64,000 nt of DNA from Verrucomicrobiia bacterium (GCA_036501665.1 DASXZW010000023.1:7181-71180), one strand, 5' to 3'; positions 38,701-47,705 are shown, numbered from the stretch's first letter. The notes: a model not told the origin generated them from the letters alone. Numbers and translations are program-made.

Positions 38701-39741
38701 AATATTGCTGGTCAGGGTGGAACCGATGCTCAGACGGGTTACTTTGTAGCTCGTTTTAAGAACTACCTGCCCTTCCCGCAAAAGCCTCGTGGCACGGCGA
38801 CCGCCGCAATCGGGTTCCACTTCGGCGAAAGTTCTCCGTCAGGAACGGGGGCTGGAAACGTCGCGGCCGAATCTCCGGGTGCGTACCTCTCTACCAACGA
38901 TGTCGCTGGTGTCAACGCCGTGGCCCAGGATAATTGGAATAACCTGTTTGACATCACAGCTACCAACCATGTCGGCTATGTTGTTGAGGAAAACGAAACT
39001 ACCGGTGGCACGACAATTCTCACGAACGTGTTTGTGGGAGCTTCCGGTTCCGGTAACCTGTGGCAGTCACAAGGGCCGGGCAGTGATAATACTACTCCCG
39101 CTGGAAATGGCGCATCGATGACTGGCGAAGACGCTATTCTGATGACCAGTTACCTGGATTCTGGCAACGCGTCAGCCACTGATGTCGGAATCACGAACAT
39201 CCCGGCGAACATGGTCGCTGAGGGATACGACGTCATAGTTTACACCTTGGGCGGCGTCGCCGGTCGCGGCGGTGCATTTGCCGTCCTCGATACGAGCACC
39301 AACGTTCTTGAGGGTTACTATGCGGTGCAATCCCCAGCCACTCCAACGGGCTTCGTTCAAGCCATCCCAGATGCGTCTTATGCGGCCAGTGCGACTCCAA
39401 CAAGCTGGGCGACTGGCAACTTCGTGGTATTCACCAACCTAAAGGCTTCCGCAATTATAGTGGAAGGCAGCACACTGGGCACGTTAGGATTCAGCGGCAC
39501 GCCGCGCGCGCCTATCAACGCAATCCAGTTGGTCAGTCCATCTGGCATAATTGGCGGTTCGCCAATCATCATTAACCATCCGACCATCGCAGTTACGTCG
39601 GCAGGTGTCATTACCTACAACGGAGTGCTCCGATCATCATCTAGTGTTCAAGGGCCGTTCACGATCGTAAGCGGTGCGACCAGCCCGTACACGATTCCGT
39701 CGGCCGGAGGCACCCGGTTCTTCGTAGCCACGCAAAATTAA
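35767..39741 (+). CDS. large secreted surface protein with two PA14-like domains, Ig-like domains and a lectin/LamG-like region
   Basis: 1324 aa with a signal peptide (VASLIAVGFAAVTAKA). Two PA14-like segments (YFYAPTNGNYTFWIASQDNSALYLS...GKAYYIEALH and WFTAPTNDDYVFFLASDDASDLFLS...GQVYYIEIDH). Ig-like segments start with DTTPPTLVS. Confidence 0.8.
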   Translation: MKKTPHFSGLQSTNPDRGRSKSNSLLRKFFRAGVASLIAVGFAAVTAKAAPPATPQGMITAKVYMGDGTGNTSVATLTNYINTPNSPILTYHPSYFESWATGDITTPPMTEAGDGYGDDLMGYFYAPTNGNYTFWIASQDNSALYLSPDSTAANKVLIAQVSSSTGVRGYTSETGNTANTPEMDSATFTGTQWATKDTNVGGAVITLTAGKAYYIEALHQAAAGGDHCSVSIDGVAPIPGSMLSSVDVAGGAPTVVSVTGSALFKSVTVVFSEPLDPVSATTAANYSLNNGVTISSATLHSTSGEGDSNTVVLVTSLQPTNTAFTLTINNVKDVSSNTIAAATKANFQSYVWVPGWMTYEQWTADTMAQDVATFETDISNNVENLSTFTVAEPKFDGPWLANEPGIQWNTLNSISYAWFTAPTNDDYVFFLASDDASDLFLSTDSTPENKRLIAQEAGWSNEYNWETIGGGSVASDKRSDTFAVSAWPNPNVITLTNGQVYYIEIDHHQGGGGAGAGATYMLADDPNITAGPAQSASGETLTGNVIGTYVDIAGASVAISKQPSSVSVVQGFFASFQVVGTGVSPYSSTLLYQWQKAAPGSGTFADLPGANGTTLTTGVLGLADTGTQFRVIVSVPGASQTSSAATVTVTADTTPPTLVSAGAISNALAGTEIGVVFNKPMGAGITTLANYSVDNGATITAANYWSKAAGTLAVDANGNREPDYDSGIVLSVSTLDPSKSYHVTVSNVKDAFGNLIAANSSIPVSISPFTWESMGETVTNSANPTGATNAAFATGTNSFNLINGGNAFWATEDDITMVYETVKGDFDRTVQVEWNEPSSHWARAGLSARASVAIADDFGPTVPQYQTVLSDPETNVVYGSVDDSPANDQYETNRRLATGDQTDGNNSEGNPHYPGSWVRLKRVGQTISMFYSSSTNDVKWWYPIGTTDFDGATNIVADVADPLPETLFVGPTYGCENGNIAGQGGTDAQTGYFVARFKNYLPFPQKPRGTATAAIGFHFGESSPSGTGAGNVAAESPGAYLSTNDVAGVNAVAQDNWNNLFDITATNHVGYVVEENETTGGTTILTNVFVGASGSGNLWQSQGPGSDNTTPAGNGASMTGEDAILMTSYLDSGNASATDVGITNIPANMVAEGYDVIVYTLGGVAGRGGAFAVLDTSTNVLEGYYAVQSPATPTGFVQAIPDASYAASATPTSWATGNFVVFTNLKASAIIVEGSTLGTLGFSGTPRAPINAIQLVSPSGIIGGSPIIINHPTIAVTSAGVITYNGVLRSSSSVQGPFTIVSGATSPYTIPSAGGTRFFVATQN

Positions 39742-39766
39742 AGTGCGCTAACGGTTGGTATTGCAA

Positions 39767-39803
39767 GGGGCCGGAGATTGTTCTCCGGCCCCTTTTTTGT
39801 TTT
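39767..39803 (+). terminator. rho-independent terminator
   Basis: Stem GGGGCCGGAGA, loop TTGT, stem TCTCCGGCCCC, followed by TTTTTTGTTTT. It sits 26 nt after the stop at 39741. Confidence 0.85.
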
Positions 39804-39904
39804 CCACGAACCTCTTGTCTTCGCTTTGTGCTCATGCCATTCATGTTCAGATGCCCGGTTCTGTAGCTAACGCTCGCCATATCCAGTTTTCGCTACCGGT
39901 GAGG

Positions 39905-42900
39905 ATGATAGGCTGCAAAAGGTGGGCAACTGTATTGCCGCGTCTTCTCGGCTTGGTTTGGCTTGTTTTGATTGCCTGCGCAGCCCAAGGCGCTGAAGGT
40001 TACCATTGCTTTCCTCTTCAGGTTCCAAAGGACGGCGCAGCGGGTTTTACGCTCTTGGACCCAGCGCAAACCGGCATTTACTTCACCAATCAACTCAGTG
40101 ATGAACACGCCTCCCAAAATCAAATCCGGCTCAATGGATCTGGCGTAGCTTTGGGAGATGTTGATGGCGACGGTCGGTGCGATATCTTCGTCTGCTCCCT
40201 CGAAGGCCATGTGGCGTTGTTTCGGAACCTCGGCGGATGGCATTTCACGAATGTAACGGCCGAGGCGGGCTTGGATTTTCCGGGCAATTACTCCACGGGC
40301 GCGACCTTCGCGGACGTCGATGGCAACGGGACCCTCGACCTTCTGATCAACGGCATTGGCACCGGCACGCGGCTTTTCTTGAATGACGGTCGCGGGCATT
40401 TCACTGAGTCTGTTAATTCAGGACTGCTGCACGAATATGGGGCTATGACGTGTGCGCTTGCGGACGTGGATGGCAACGGCGCACTCGATCTTTATGTAGC
40501 CAATTATCGCACAACCACCGTGCGCACCAGCGGATTTCCCTTGATGATCGTGGGTGGCAAGCGCGTCATTCGCCCGCAAGACCGCGGTCACCTGGAAATG
40601 ACACCGCAAGGAAAGGTGTTGGAAAATGGCGAGCCGGACGTGCTCTATCGAAACGACGGGCATGGACATTTTACGGCGGTCTCGTGGACGAACGGAACTT
40701 TTTTGGATGAAGCCGGCAAGCCTCTGGTGGAAGCACCGCTGGATTGGGGGCTGACTGCCGCCTTTCATGACTTGAATGGCGACCATGTTCCCGATCTTTA
40801 CGTTTGCAACGATTTCCAATCCCCTGACCGCATTTGGTTGAACGACGGGCATGGGCATTTTCGCGCCCTCGCAAGCACGGCGATGCGCCACACCGCGACG
40901 TTCTCGATGTCAGTAGATTTTGCCGATATTGACCGCGATGGCCACGACGAAATCCTGGCGTCCGACATGACCAGCCGCCGGCATGGACGGCGCATGATGC
41001 AACTCGCCGGAATGGATCCTTATGAGAACGAGATTGGCAAGTTTGAGGAGCGCGAGCAAGTGGAGCAAACGACTTTGCAATGGAACCGGGGGGATGGCAC
41101 TTACGCTGAAATCGCCCATTTCGCCGGGCTGGAGAATTCGGAGTGGAACTGGTCCGTTGTTTTCTTGGATGTGGATCTGGACGGCTACGAAGATGTGCTG
41201 GCCACGACGGGCAATCTTTTTGATCCGCAGGACGAAGATGCGCAAGAACGCATCCGGACGCACGGTCCATTTCCGCAGAGCTTGATCCCTACAAAGCTGC
41301 TGATGCTTCCTCGTTTGCCCGATGCCAAACTTGCCTTCCGCAATCGAGGGAACCTGACATTTGAAGAATGCGGCGCTGCCTGGGGTTTCAACCAATCTGG
41401 CGTTTCGCACGGCATGGCCCTCGCAGATCTTGATAATGACGGCGATCTTGATGTTGTCGTCAATAATATGAACGGAGCCCTTGGGATTTATCGAAATAAC
41501 ACTTCGGCCCCGCGAATTGCGGTGCGCCTGCGCGGACAAGCTCCCAACACTCACGGCATCGGCGCGCGCATCAAGGTGACGGGCGGACCTGTCCCGCAAA
41601 GCCAGGAAATGATGTGCGGCGGGCGTTATTTATCTTGCGATGACACGATGCGAGTCTTCGCAGCGGGGAATGTTACCAACCGTTTGCGCATTGAAGTCAC
41701 TTGGCGCAGCGGCAAGCGCAGTGTGGTGGAAGGAGCACAGCCCAATTGCCTCTATGAAATCGACGAGTCGGGAGCTGCGGACAACTCAATTTCCCCGCCG
41801 ATTCACATTGCGCCGATCTTTGAAGACGCAAGCCAGCAACTGGCCCACGTCCATCAAGACGACCTTTTTGATGACTTCCAACATCAGCCGCTCTTGCCCA
41901 AAAAGCTCAGCCAGTTGGGTCCTGGCGTTTGCTGGTGGGACGTCAATGGAGACGGCTGGGAAGACTTGATCATTGGCAGCGGCAAAGGCGGGAAATTGGC
42001 CTGCTATCAAAACAACGGCAAAGGCAGTTTTGAAATCGCGACACAATCTCCGCAGACGGGAATTGTGGAGCGCGACCAGACTGCCATCGTCGGTTGGACG
42101 GGCGGCGCTGTGCTTGTCGGGAGCGCCAATTATGAGGATGGCCAGCCGAATGGCGCTTCAGTTTCGCGCTGGGTTGCGACATCGAACCAGCTGTCTGGCG
42201 AAGTTCCCGGATGGGATTCCAGCGTGGGCCCTCTCGCGGTGGCGGATTATGATGGCGACGGCGAACTTGATTTGTTCGTCGGCGGGCGGGTCAAACCCGG
42301 AAGATACCCGGAGCCGGCGACCTCCCGTCTCTATCACCGCCGTGCCGGCAAGCTGGTTCTGGACGAAGCCAACAGTCAACAGTTGCGTGACGTTGGAATG
42401 GTGAGCGGGGCGGTGTGGAGCGATCTGGATGGAGACGGTTGGCCGGAGTTGATTCTCGCGTGCGAATGGGGGCCGATTCGTATTTTTCGTAATGACCATG
42501 GGCGGCTTTCGCCTTGGGACCCGCAAGTTTCGGTGCCATTTTCCAAAGGCGGCGGCGCGTCCACTCTTCCGCTCCACGCCTTGACCGGTTGGTGGAATGG
42601 CGTGACCACAGGCGACATCGACGGGGACGGTCGGCTGGACATCATCGTCAGCAACTGGGGGCGGAACTCCAAGTATCGCGCCAGCCAGGAGGCTCCGCGC
42701 CGGATTTACTTTGGCGATTTCAATCAACGCAACGAACCGGCCTTGATCGAAACTTGCCGCGACGATGTTTCCGGCAAAGAAGTTCCCGACCGAGACTTCG
42801 ACGCTGTCGCCGGGTCGCTCGGTTTTCTCAGGGGACGCTTTCCTTCCTATGCTTCCTATGGCGAGGCTACGATTTCGGAAGTTCTTGGGGACGCTTTAAA

Positions 42901-43570
42901 GACCGCCGGGAAAGTGGAAGCCACTGTGTTGGATTCGATGGTCTTTTTCAATCGCACGAACGGTTTTGTAGCGGCGCCACTTCCGCGCGAGGCTCAATTT
43001 GCCCCCGCTTTTGCCGCTTGTGTCGGCGATTATGACGGTGACGGGTTCGAGGATGTTTTTCTGAGCCAGAATTTTTTTGACATGGAACCCAAAACTCCGC
43101 GATGCGATGCAGGACGCGGCTTGTGGCTGCGCGGCGATGGCCGAGGCGGTTTGCAGCCGGTGCCCGGGCAGATCAGCGGCGTTACGGTGTATGGCGAGCA
43201 ACGCGGCGCTGCGCTCTGCGATTACGATCATGACGGGCGGGTCGATCTGGTGGTGACGCAGAACGGAAATCAAACGCGGCTCTTTCATAACGTGGGTGCG
43301 AAGCCTGGGTTGCGAGTGCGCTTACACGGGCCATCTGGGAACCCGGAGGGGATTGGCGCTGTCATGCGGCTCGATTTTGGCGACCACCTCGGGCCGGCGC
43401 GTGAAGTCCATGGTGGATCGGGTTACTGGTCTCAGGATAGCCCTGTGCAAGTGATGGGATTTGCCGAGCCGCCTACTGGTGTTCAGGTGCTATGGCCGGG
43501 GGGGAAAGTTACTTCAACAAAAGTGGAAAATGGGAGTAAAGATATCAGGATTGAGTTTCCGACACAGTAA
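39905..43570 (+). CDS. fused double-module FG-GAP/ASPIC protein (CRTAC1-like), second copy
   Basis: The ORF is open from 39755, but that part contains the upstream terminator. The ATG at 39905 gives the signal peptide MIGCKRWATVLPRLLGLVWLVLIACAAQG; the ATG at 39851 is an alternative. Collinear with 29611..33489. Confidence 0.85.
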   Translation: MIGCKRWATVLPRLLGLVWLVLIACAAQGAEGYHCFPLQVPKDGAAGFTLLDPAQTGIYFTNQLSDEHASQNQIRLNGSGVALGDVDGDGRCDIFVCSLEGHVALFRNLGGWHFTNVTAEAGLDFPGNYSTGATFADVDGNGTLDLLINGIGTGTRLFLNDGRGHFTESVNSGLLHEYGAMTCALADVDGNGALDLYVANYRTTTVRTSGFPLMIVGGKRVIRPQDRGHLEMTPQGKVLENGEPDVLYRNDGHGHFTAVSWTNGTFLDEAGKPLVEAPLDWGLTAAFHDLNGDHVPDLYVCNDFQSPDRIWLNDGHGHFRALASTAMRHTATFSMSVDFADIDRDGHDEILASDMTSRRHGRRMMQLAGMDPYENEIGKFEEREQVEQTTLQWNRGDGTYAEIAHFAGLENSEWNWSVVFLDVDLDGYEDVLATTGNLFDPQDEDAQERIRTHGPFPQSLIPTKLLMLPRLPDAKLAFRNRGNLTFEECGAAWGFNQSGVSHGMALADLDNDGDLDVVVNNMNGALGIYRNNTSAPRIAVRLRGQAPNTHGIGARIKVTGGPVPQSQEMMCGGRYLSCDDTMRVFAAGNVTNRLRIEVTWRSGKRSVVEGAQPNCLYEIDESGAADNSISPPIHIAPIFEDASQQLAHVHQDDLFDDFQHQPLLPKKLSQLGPGVCWWDVNGDGWEDLIIGSGKGGKLACYQNNGKGSFEIATQSPQTGIVERDQTAIVGWTGGAVLVGSANYEDGQPNGASVSRWVATSNQLSGEVPGWDSSVGPLAVADYDGDGELDLFVGGRVKPGRYPEPATSRLYHRRAGKLVLDEANSQQLRDVGMVSGAVWSDLDGDGWPELILACEWGPIRIFRNDHGRLSPWDPQVSVPFSKGGGASTLPLHALTGWWNGVTTGDIDGDGRLDIIVSNWGRNSKYRASQEAPRRIYFGDFNQRNEPALIETCRDDVSGKEVPDRDFDAVAGSLGFLRGRFPSYASYGEATISEVLGDALKTAGKVEATVLDSMVFFNRTNGFVAAPLPREAQFAPAFAACVGDYDGDGFEDVFLSQNFFDMEPKTPRCDAGRGLWLRGDGRGGLQPVPGQISGVTVYGEQRGAALCDYDHDGRVDLVVTQNGNQTRLFHNVGAKPGLRVRLHGPSGNPEGIGAVMRLDFGDHLGPAREVHGGSGYWSQDSPVQVMGFAEPPTGVQVLWPGGKVTSTKVENGSKDIRIEFPTQ

Positions 43571-43696
43571 AATATACTTGACAATATTATTGAGTTTCGA
43601 GGGTTTAAAATATAATTGACGTTATGCGCGGCGAGTAAGCGGTTTTGAGGTTGATGTTTGAGGTTATGCTTGGCGAATGAACGGGTTTGATTTTTG

Positions 43697-45400
43697 ATGA
43701 AAGTGCGGCTGAAGAATTTGATATCCGGGGCAGGGCGGCTCTTTGTGGTTGCGTTATGCGGGCGCGGCACGGCAGCGCCTTCGCAGGGGGCTGTGACTTT
43801 TGACAAGGATATTGCGCCGATTGTTTACCGGAATTGCTGCACTTGCCATCGGAGTGGGGAATCGACGCCGTTTAACCTCCTCACTTACAACGATGTAGCG
43901 AAGCGGGCGAAGCAAATTGCCGAGGTTACACGGCTCCGTTACATGCCGCCGTGGCCGCCTGATGTTGGCGGCGGTTATCCACGGTTGATTGGCGAGCGGC
44001 GGTTGAGCGATGGCGATCTGGAGCTGATCCAGAGATGGGCTTCGGGCGGTGCGATTGAGGGCGATCCGACGGATTTGCCGCCTGCGCCGGAGGCATCCAG
44101 CGAATGGCAGTTGGGGCCGCCTGATTTGGTTGTGGAAATGGACAAGAGCTACAATTTGCCCGCCCAGGGGAAGGATGTTTACCGCAACTTCGCCATATCG
44201 GTGCCAGGGACGGTGCGGCGCTATGTGCGGGCTATTGAGTTTCGTCCGCAAAGCAGCGCTGTGCATCATGTGTTTATCGAGACCGACAGGTCCCGCCAAT
44301 CCCGCTTGCAGGCGACTTCCGGGGCGGAACCGGGGTTTCCGGGGTTGGCCGTCCCGGGCGCATCGAAGCCGCCCGGACAATTCCTGACTTGGCAGCCGGG
44401 CAAGAGAGCCTCGATTTCTCCGCCGGGGATGCCTTGGACGCTTGAACCTGGGACTGATTTGGTGATCGAAGCTCACTTGCGCCCGACGGGAAAAATTGAG
44501 CCGATCCGCTTTAAAGTCGGACTTTACTTCACCAATCAACCTCCCGAACGGACCGCGTTGAACGTGCTCCTGACGTCCCTTATGATCGACATTCCGACTG
44601 GCGCGACGAACTTTCCGGTTGAATCATCTTTTACTTTGCCTGTGGATTGCGAAGCGCTGGGGGTGCTGGCGCATTGCCATTTTCTGGGTCGCGAAGTTGA
44701 GGGGCACGCGGATTTGCCGGGCGGTTCCAGGATTCCGTTGCTGCTGATCACGAATTGGGACTTCAATTGGCAGGGGGACTATCGCTATCAGACTCCGGTG
44801 GAGATTCCGAGGGGGGCGATTTTGAGAATGCGGTTCACCTACGACAATTCCACCAACAACCCGCGCAATCCGAACAATCCTCCCAAACGCGTCCGATACG
44901 GCCCGCAAGCCACGGACGAAATGGCGGAACTTTCCTTTCTCATGCTGCCAAAGCGCGTCGAGGACGAAAAAGTTTTGAAGGACGCATTTGCTGGTCTTGT
45001 GGAGGAAAGGATGGAGGAATACGACCTGGCTCAAGTGCGCGAAAATCCGGAGGATGCGCAGGCGCGGTTGAACCTGGGGAACGTCTGGTTCGCGCAGCGG
45101 AGGTTTACCGACGCCAAAAAGCAAATAGAGCGCGCCATCGAACTTGACCCCAATTTAGCCGAGGCCCATTATTATGCGGGGTTGATCGCCCGCATGGAGA
45201 ATCGGTTGCCTGACGCGGAGCGCGAATTCCAAAGTGCGACGCGATTGGACCCGACCAGCGGAAAAACCTGGGGAAATCTTGGTTTGGTCCAAATTGGACG
45301 CAATAATTTGAAGGGCGCGCGCGAAAGCATGCAACACGCTTTGGAAATTGATCCGACTGATGGCATCGCCCGCTCGATGCTGGACAAACTGCCCAAATAA
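43697..45400 (+). CDS. copper type II monooxygenase-like protein with N-terminal CxxCH motif and C-terminal TPR repeats
   Basis: N-terminal FDKDIAPIVYRNCCTCHRSGESTPFNLLTY...MPPW. His clusters AVHHVF, EAHLRP, AHCHFLG and a later Met (ILRMRF) resemble the PHM/DBH CuH/CuM ligand pattern. The C-terminal ~130 aa are TPR-like. Confidence 0.65.
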   Translation: MKVRLKNLISGAGRLFVVALCGRGTAAPSQGAVTFDKDIAPIVYRNCCTCHRSGESTPFNLLTYNDVAKRAKQIAEVTRLRYMPPWPPDVGGGYPRLIGERRLSDGDLELIQRWASGGAIEGDPTDLPPAPEASSEWQLGPPDLVVEMDKSYNLPAQGKDVYRNFAISVPGTVRRYVRAIEFRPQSSAVHHVFIETDRSRQSRLQATSGAEPGFPGLAVPGASKPPGQFLTWQPGKRASISPPGMPWTLEPGTDLVIEAHLRPTGKIEPIRFKVGLYFTNQPPERTALNVLLTSLMIDIPTGATNFPVESSFTLPVDCEALGVLAHCHFLGREVEGHADLPGGSRIPLLLITNWDFNWQGDYRYQTPVEIPRGAILRMRFTYDNSTNNPRNPNNPPKRVRYGPQATDEMAELSFLMLPKRVEDEKVLKDAFAGLVEERMEEYDLAQVRENPEDAQARLNLGNVWFAQRRFTDAKKQIERAIELDPNLAEAHYYAGLIARMENRLPDAEREFQSATRLDPTSGKTWGNLGLVQIGRNNLKGARESMQHALEIDPTDGIARSMLDKLPK

Positions 45401-45421
45401 AATTGGCGAAACAGATACATC

Positions 45422-45515
45422 TTTAACAGGAGCAAACAGAGGGAAGAGAGGAATAAAAAGATAGTGCAAGAATTGAGACGGGAAAATTTGGGAATTTAAC
45501 CACGGATTTCACGGA
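45422..45515 (+). repeat. ~95-100 bp direct repeat, copy 1
   Basis: TTTAACAGGAGC...GATAGTGCAAGAATTGAG.CGGGA.AATTTGGGAATTTAACCACGGATTTCACGGA. It aligns to 45725..45825 with one 7 nt indel and 5 transitions. Confidence 0.8.
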
Positions 45516-45724
45516 GGACACAGCGCGGCATAGCAGCAACCCAAATCTTGAACAGAAGGAAACAAAGGAAACGAAGAGGATAAAATTTTGCCAAAAATGC
45601 GCAATTTCTGGCGATAGCACTGCGGATGGAGAGGAACAAGAATGGTAAAAGAAATTAGCGGAAACAGTTCAACCCCGAATCAACGAAAAGGCATAGCACC
45701 GAATAGCCGCGACTAACGAAGAAG

Positions 45725-45825
45725 TTTAACAGGAGCGAGCAGAGGCAGCAGAGAAGAGAGGAATAGAAAGATAGTGCAAGAATTGAGGCGGGAGAATTTG
45801 GGAATTTAACCACGGATTTCACGGA
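45725..45825 (+). repeat. ~95-100 bp direct repeat, copy 2 (followed by an extra CACGGATTTCA unit)
   Basis: See copy 1 for the alignment. The downstream GGATGGAGAGGAACAAGA (45833..45850) is also present after copy 1 at about 45624..45641. Confidence 0.8.
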
Positions 45826-46082
45826 TTTCACGGATGGAGAGGAACAAGATGATTCGGCTCTTGTTCCGCTTCCTCCAACAGGTCATCCGGGAAAGGACGG
45901 AGGTTTGAATTTGCATCCGCGTTGCCAAAAGTTGAAGGCCAAGGCGGATGCAACGCGCGAACACTCCGCCTCGACAAAATGTCAAGTCGTGGCGTCATTG
46001 CCGTCAGGATTGCGCCCCCAACTCCCCGCCGCAACACCGGTACCGACGTCGCCACCACCAGTTTTTATTCGACGGGGATCTG

Positions 46083-46817
46083 TTAGTGTAAGCCGGAACC
46101 GCGATCCGGTGATCCTGATTGGAAAAATAAGTGAAGTAACGCATTATTGCTGACGCCCATTCGTAACGGGACATTGGTTGAATAAACCAATTCCCGCTGA
46201 TTAGTAACGACTAAATACGTACGATCGCAAAGTGACGCGTCTTCAATGGTGAGCCCCATCATTTGCTTGGTTGGACCAAAGATTCCCACTTTGGCGGCGG
46301 TGTAATCCCCTTTGCTCCAGCTAACGTAATACAGAGGAAGGGTTGTTAAATTGCTCCCTTGCTCGCCAAAACGCGCGGGAGGGTCCCGCCAAAAAGACGG
46401 CTGGCCAACGGTCGCTTTGTACTTGGCGTTTAACGCAGCAACATCGACATACACCCGAGACAACCACTGCGTTGCCAGCTGGTAAGCTTCATTTGAGTTA
46501 ATGAGCGAAGGAGTTCCTGCCCACTCGTGATAGCGCTCCACCTCCTCAATGTTAGTTTTTGAGTTCATCACCAAATACAGCTTCCCACTTCGGAAGATGA
46601 ACATAAAGTTGCTGGTTTGGAGGTTTACTGTAGGCATGACCGGCGTATCAAACTGGCCGGGAGGAGCAACGAGGCATCCCGTGATGTCTTTCTGCTCGAC
46701 TGGTTGCGTTGACAGGTTCAACCGCACAGCAATATAATTCGCCGCCGCTACCGCCATTCCAGCCACCACCAACTTGTATGCGACTGAGGTTTTGAGGTGA
46801 CTCAGAATGTCATCCAT
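46083..46817 (-). CDS. hypothetical membrane-anchored protein, tandem paralog A (244 aa)
   Basis: N-terminal TM helix. Collinear and gap-free with 46968..47702, with a nearly identical block GEQGSNLTTLPLYYV.W.KGDY.AAKVGIFGPTKQ. Confidence 0.6.
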   Translation of the reverse strand: MDDILSHLKTSVAYKLVVAGMAVAAANYIAVRLNLSTQPVEQKDITGCLVAPPGQFDTPVMPTVNLQTSNFMFIFRSGKLYLVMNSKTNIEEVERYHEWAGTPSLINSNEAYQLATQWLSRVYVDVAALNAKYKATVGQPSFWRDPPARFGEQGSNLTTLPLYYVSWSKGDYTAAKVGIFGPTKQMMGLTIEDASLCDRTYLVVTNQRELVYSTNVPLRMGVSNNALLHLFFQSGSPDRGSGLH

Positions 46818-46967
46818 GTCAATAATTTCCTATAAATCTCTTTGAGGCTAAATCTCCTTCAGCTTTTTGAATGGGAGTAAGCGGCATGGATCAAAGAAAG
46901 CACGTTATGGCCACGAGCGGGGGATGGCGGAAAGAGAGAGATGTCTGTGTTGGCGCTCATCTGACTA

Positions 46968-47702
46968 TTACCGTGTGTCGTTTGTCGGAGACGGCGTGTG
47001 TGGAACGATCTGATTCAACAGGTCACCATTCTTCTCGATCAGCCTCAACGGGAAATTAGTCATTCTCAGAAGTTCCAGCTTATTAGTTACGCATATATAA
47101 GTATGGTCAGTCAGCGTGGGATCCTCAATTGTCAGGCCCGTGAACTGCTTGGTCGGGCCGAAAATTCCAACTTTAGCAGCCTGGTAGTCTCCTTTATCCC
47201 AAGTCACATAGTAAAGCGGCAGGGTGGTCAAATTGCTCCCTTGCTCACCCCATACGGCGGGTGGTGTGGCCCAAAACTGTGGCTGTCCGACATGCATCTT
47301 ATACTTCCTATTGAGCGCGTTTACATCCACGAAGACATGGGAGAGCCAATTGGTCGCAAGATGGTACGCGTCATTCGAGTTGATAAGCGAGGGAATATGC
47401 GCCCATTCGCGATGATGCTCCACAGATTCAATGTTTGTTTGTGTATTCACCACGCCATGCAGCTTTCCGTCCCGGAAAATAAACGTGAATTGTGTCGTTT
47501 CAAAGTTTACCACGGAAGGGCAACCTGGAACGCTATCCAAACGCGGAGACGAGATATATGTGCCAATAATATCTTTTGGTTCGATGCCTTTTGGGCAAAC
47601 TCCAGGCCACTCAACAATGTGGTTCATCGCCGAAAGCACCAATCCTGTCACCGCCATCTTGTAAGCGATGGTAGTCTTGAGTGTTGCAAACGAATTTGTC
47701 AT
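46968..47702 (-). CDS. hypothetical membrane-anchored protein, tandem paralog B (244 aa)
   Basis: Same length and architecture as 46083..46817. Confidence 0.6.
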   Translation of the reverse strand: MTNSFATLKTTIAYKMAVTGLVLSAMNHIVEWPGVCPKGIEPKDIIGTYISSPRLDSVPGCPSVVNFETTQFTFIFRDGKLHGVVNTQTNIESVEHHREWAHIPSLINSNDAYHLATNWLSHVFVDVNALNRKYKMHVGQPQFWATPPAVWGEQGSNLTTLPLYYVTWDKGDYQAAKVGIFGPTKQFTGLTIEDPTLTDHTYICVTNKLELLRMTNFPLRLIEKNGDLLNQIVPHTPSPTNDTR

Positions 47703-47705
47703 ATC

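Noticed and set aside
45811-45835. Tandem CACGGATTTCA units checked as a possible CRISPR or microsatellite array.
   Set aside because: There are only two to three 11 nt units, no spacers and no cas genes. It is part of the larger duplicated repeat unit.
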